From a virus (Duplodnaviria; Caudoviricetes), in IMG/VR virus record IMGVR_UViG_3300031965_001336, positions 1 through 35,356 of that record: a stretch of DNA of 35,356 bases. The stretch is one strand, 5' to 3'. The notes under the pieces are model-generated. The model made no database searches. It worked only from the letters and a program-made list of their open reading frames with translations, and was not told the origin of the DNA. Shown piece after piece: positions 34,368 through 35,356 of the stretch. Position numbers and translations under genes: made by a program. Each line of letters opens with the position of its first letter. Positions within the stretch are counted from its first letter, which is position 1.

Positions 34368-34386
34368 GTGCCGCACTGTGCGGCAC
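34368..34386. promoter_or_regulatory. Perfect palindrome, candidate RHH operator
   Basis: GTGCCGCAC-T-GTGCGGCAC 6 nt upstream of the RHH ATG; TTGACA on the minus strand at 34424-34429. Confidence 0.7.
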
Positions 34387-34486
34387 GTTGCTGCACAAGA
34401 GAATTGGCCCGCGTGGGGGACCCTGTCAAGGGAAATCTGAACGAGCCCACGAGTCCTGTGAAACCCGTCGGCCCAGGGAGTACGCC

Positions 34487-35356
34487 CTAAACCTGAAACC
34501 CCGCGGCCCTCGCCGCCGGGACCTCGGGCGGACCCAGCCGGTGCGACATGAACTCGTCCCTTGAAATAGGCGGAAGCCCGAGCTGCGTGATGAGATCGCG
34601 GTCCCGCTGCCACGTGCCCGAAAGCAGGAGTATCCCCTCCCGCGCGAGCACGTTCCTGGTGCCACGGTCGCCGTCCGCCCGCACGCGGCGCATAAAGTCG
34701 CGCTGCTCGGCGACACCCTCGACCACCTTTCGGCTGATCGGCCGATCCGTCACTTCCCGGAACAGCGTCATCATCCGCTCGTTGCCGCTCGCCCCCGCAG
34801 AGATCCTCCTCGCGATCTCGGCAGACACCGTCTGCCAGAAGTTCTCCGGATACGGCTGATCCTGGACCAGCCACAGAACGTTCTGCCGGCCGTTCGCCGT
34901 GATTCCGCGCTTCTGATCTCGGTTCGGCGCGCTGAGGTATTCCGGCTTCGCGATGAACACGCCGAAGGAGCAACGGGAGGTGGTCTCGTTCGCGGAGATC
35001 AGGATACAGGCGCGCCCGGACGCTTCGGGAGGGATCATCCAGGAGGTGCTCTGGCTGAACTTCACATCCACTTCTCGCCCGGCGACCGACAAATCGAGCA
35101 CGGTCCCGCGCGGAAGTTCTAGTTTGCTCCGAAGGTCGATCTCCACGCACGTGCCGATATACGTCTTCTCCGAATTCTGAAGCTCGTGATGAAAGCGGCG
35201 CCCTGTCTTCGGTGTCTTGATGACGCCGTCGATGCAGTCGCGCAGGAGATCCCCGACCAGCGCTTCAAGGCGCGCAGCTCCGCCGCCCGCAGCGATGAGC
35301 GCATCGGCAATCTGCCTCAGCTCGGCGTAGTCGGGATGAGCGGGTGTAATCGGCAC
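34487..35356 (-). CDS. NaeI-family type II restriction endonuclease
   Basis: SEKTYIGTCVEI, D...DVKFS...WMIPPEA, NRDQKR and LFR...DFMRRVR..G.R..L..EGI. Confidence 0.88.
   Translation of the reverse strand: MPITPAHPDYAELRQIADALIAAGGGAARLEALVGDLLRDCIDGVIKTPKTGRRFHHELQNSEKTYIGTCVEIDLRSKLELPRGTVLDLSVAGREVDVKFSQSTSWMIPPEASGRACILISANETTSRCSFGVFIAKPEYLSAPNRDQKRGITANGRQNVLWLVQDQPYPENFWQTVSAEIARRISAGASGNERMMTLFREVTDRPISRKVVEGVAEQRDFMRRVRADGDRGTRNVLAREGILLLSGTWQRDRDLITQLGLPPISRDEFMSHRLGPPEVPAARAAGFQV

Larger units (their letters stand above)
1..35356. mobile_element. Temperate podovirus-like prophage with accessory flanks; boundaries and att sites not resolved
   Basis: Integrase, terminases, portal, capsid, adaptor/nozzle, ejection-like and lysis genes in canonical order; no tape-measure gene. 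Confidence 0.9.

Noticed and set aside
34146-35150. 334-aa track ORF
   Set aside because: Only the last 71 codons (RHH) look real; the rest overlaps the NaeI-like gene in another frame
1-35356. CRISPR array, DGR or retron, stop-codon recoding, attL/attR repeats
   Set aside because: No spaced repeats or reverse transcriptase seen; genes are intact in the standard code using all three stops; no terminal direct repeat spotted by eye

Overview
The window looks like most of a GC-rich temperate podovirus-like prophage. A tyrosine integrase (+) sits at the left end and nearly everything else is on the minus strand. Reading from the right: a NaeI-type restriction-modification locus (REase, RHH regulator, C5 methylase, HNH nuclease, Vsr); an early recombination operon (DUF3846-like, Rad52/Sak SSAP, PD-(D/E)XK exonuclease, SSB, Zn-finger proteins, ParB-like, DUF3268-like); two plus-strand morons; TerS/TerL, portal, scaffold, major capsid, adaptor, nozzle, tail and three putative ejection proteins; amidase lysis genes; a DUF932/JAB accessory operon; an atypical tRNA-Trp; and a HEPN-like ORF. 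No tape measure, CI-type repressor, helicase, primase or polymerase is recognisable. The most striking signal is the expression grammar of the phage core. A GCA(A/G)GGC motif sits at Shine-Dalgarno distance before four non-AUG starts. Portal and nozzle appear to start at CTG codons overlapped by 2-3 codon ATG mini-ORFs. An AAGGTCG box precedes A/C-rich leaders that lack an SD. Several promoters have 16-bp spacers, three of them next to DnaA-type boxes, and there are several multi-stem structured elements. The core resembles Patescibacteria (CPR)-type genes, while the flanks use canonical SD sites. All family calls come from motif recognition by eye; no database search was run.
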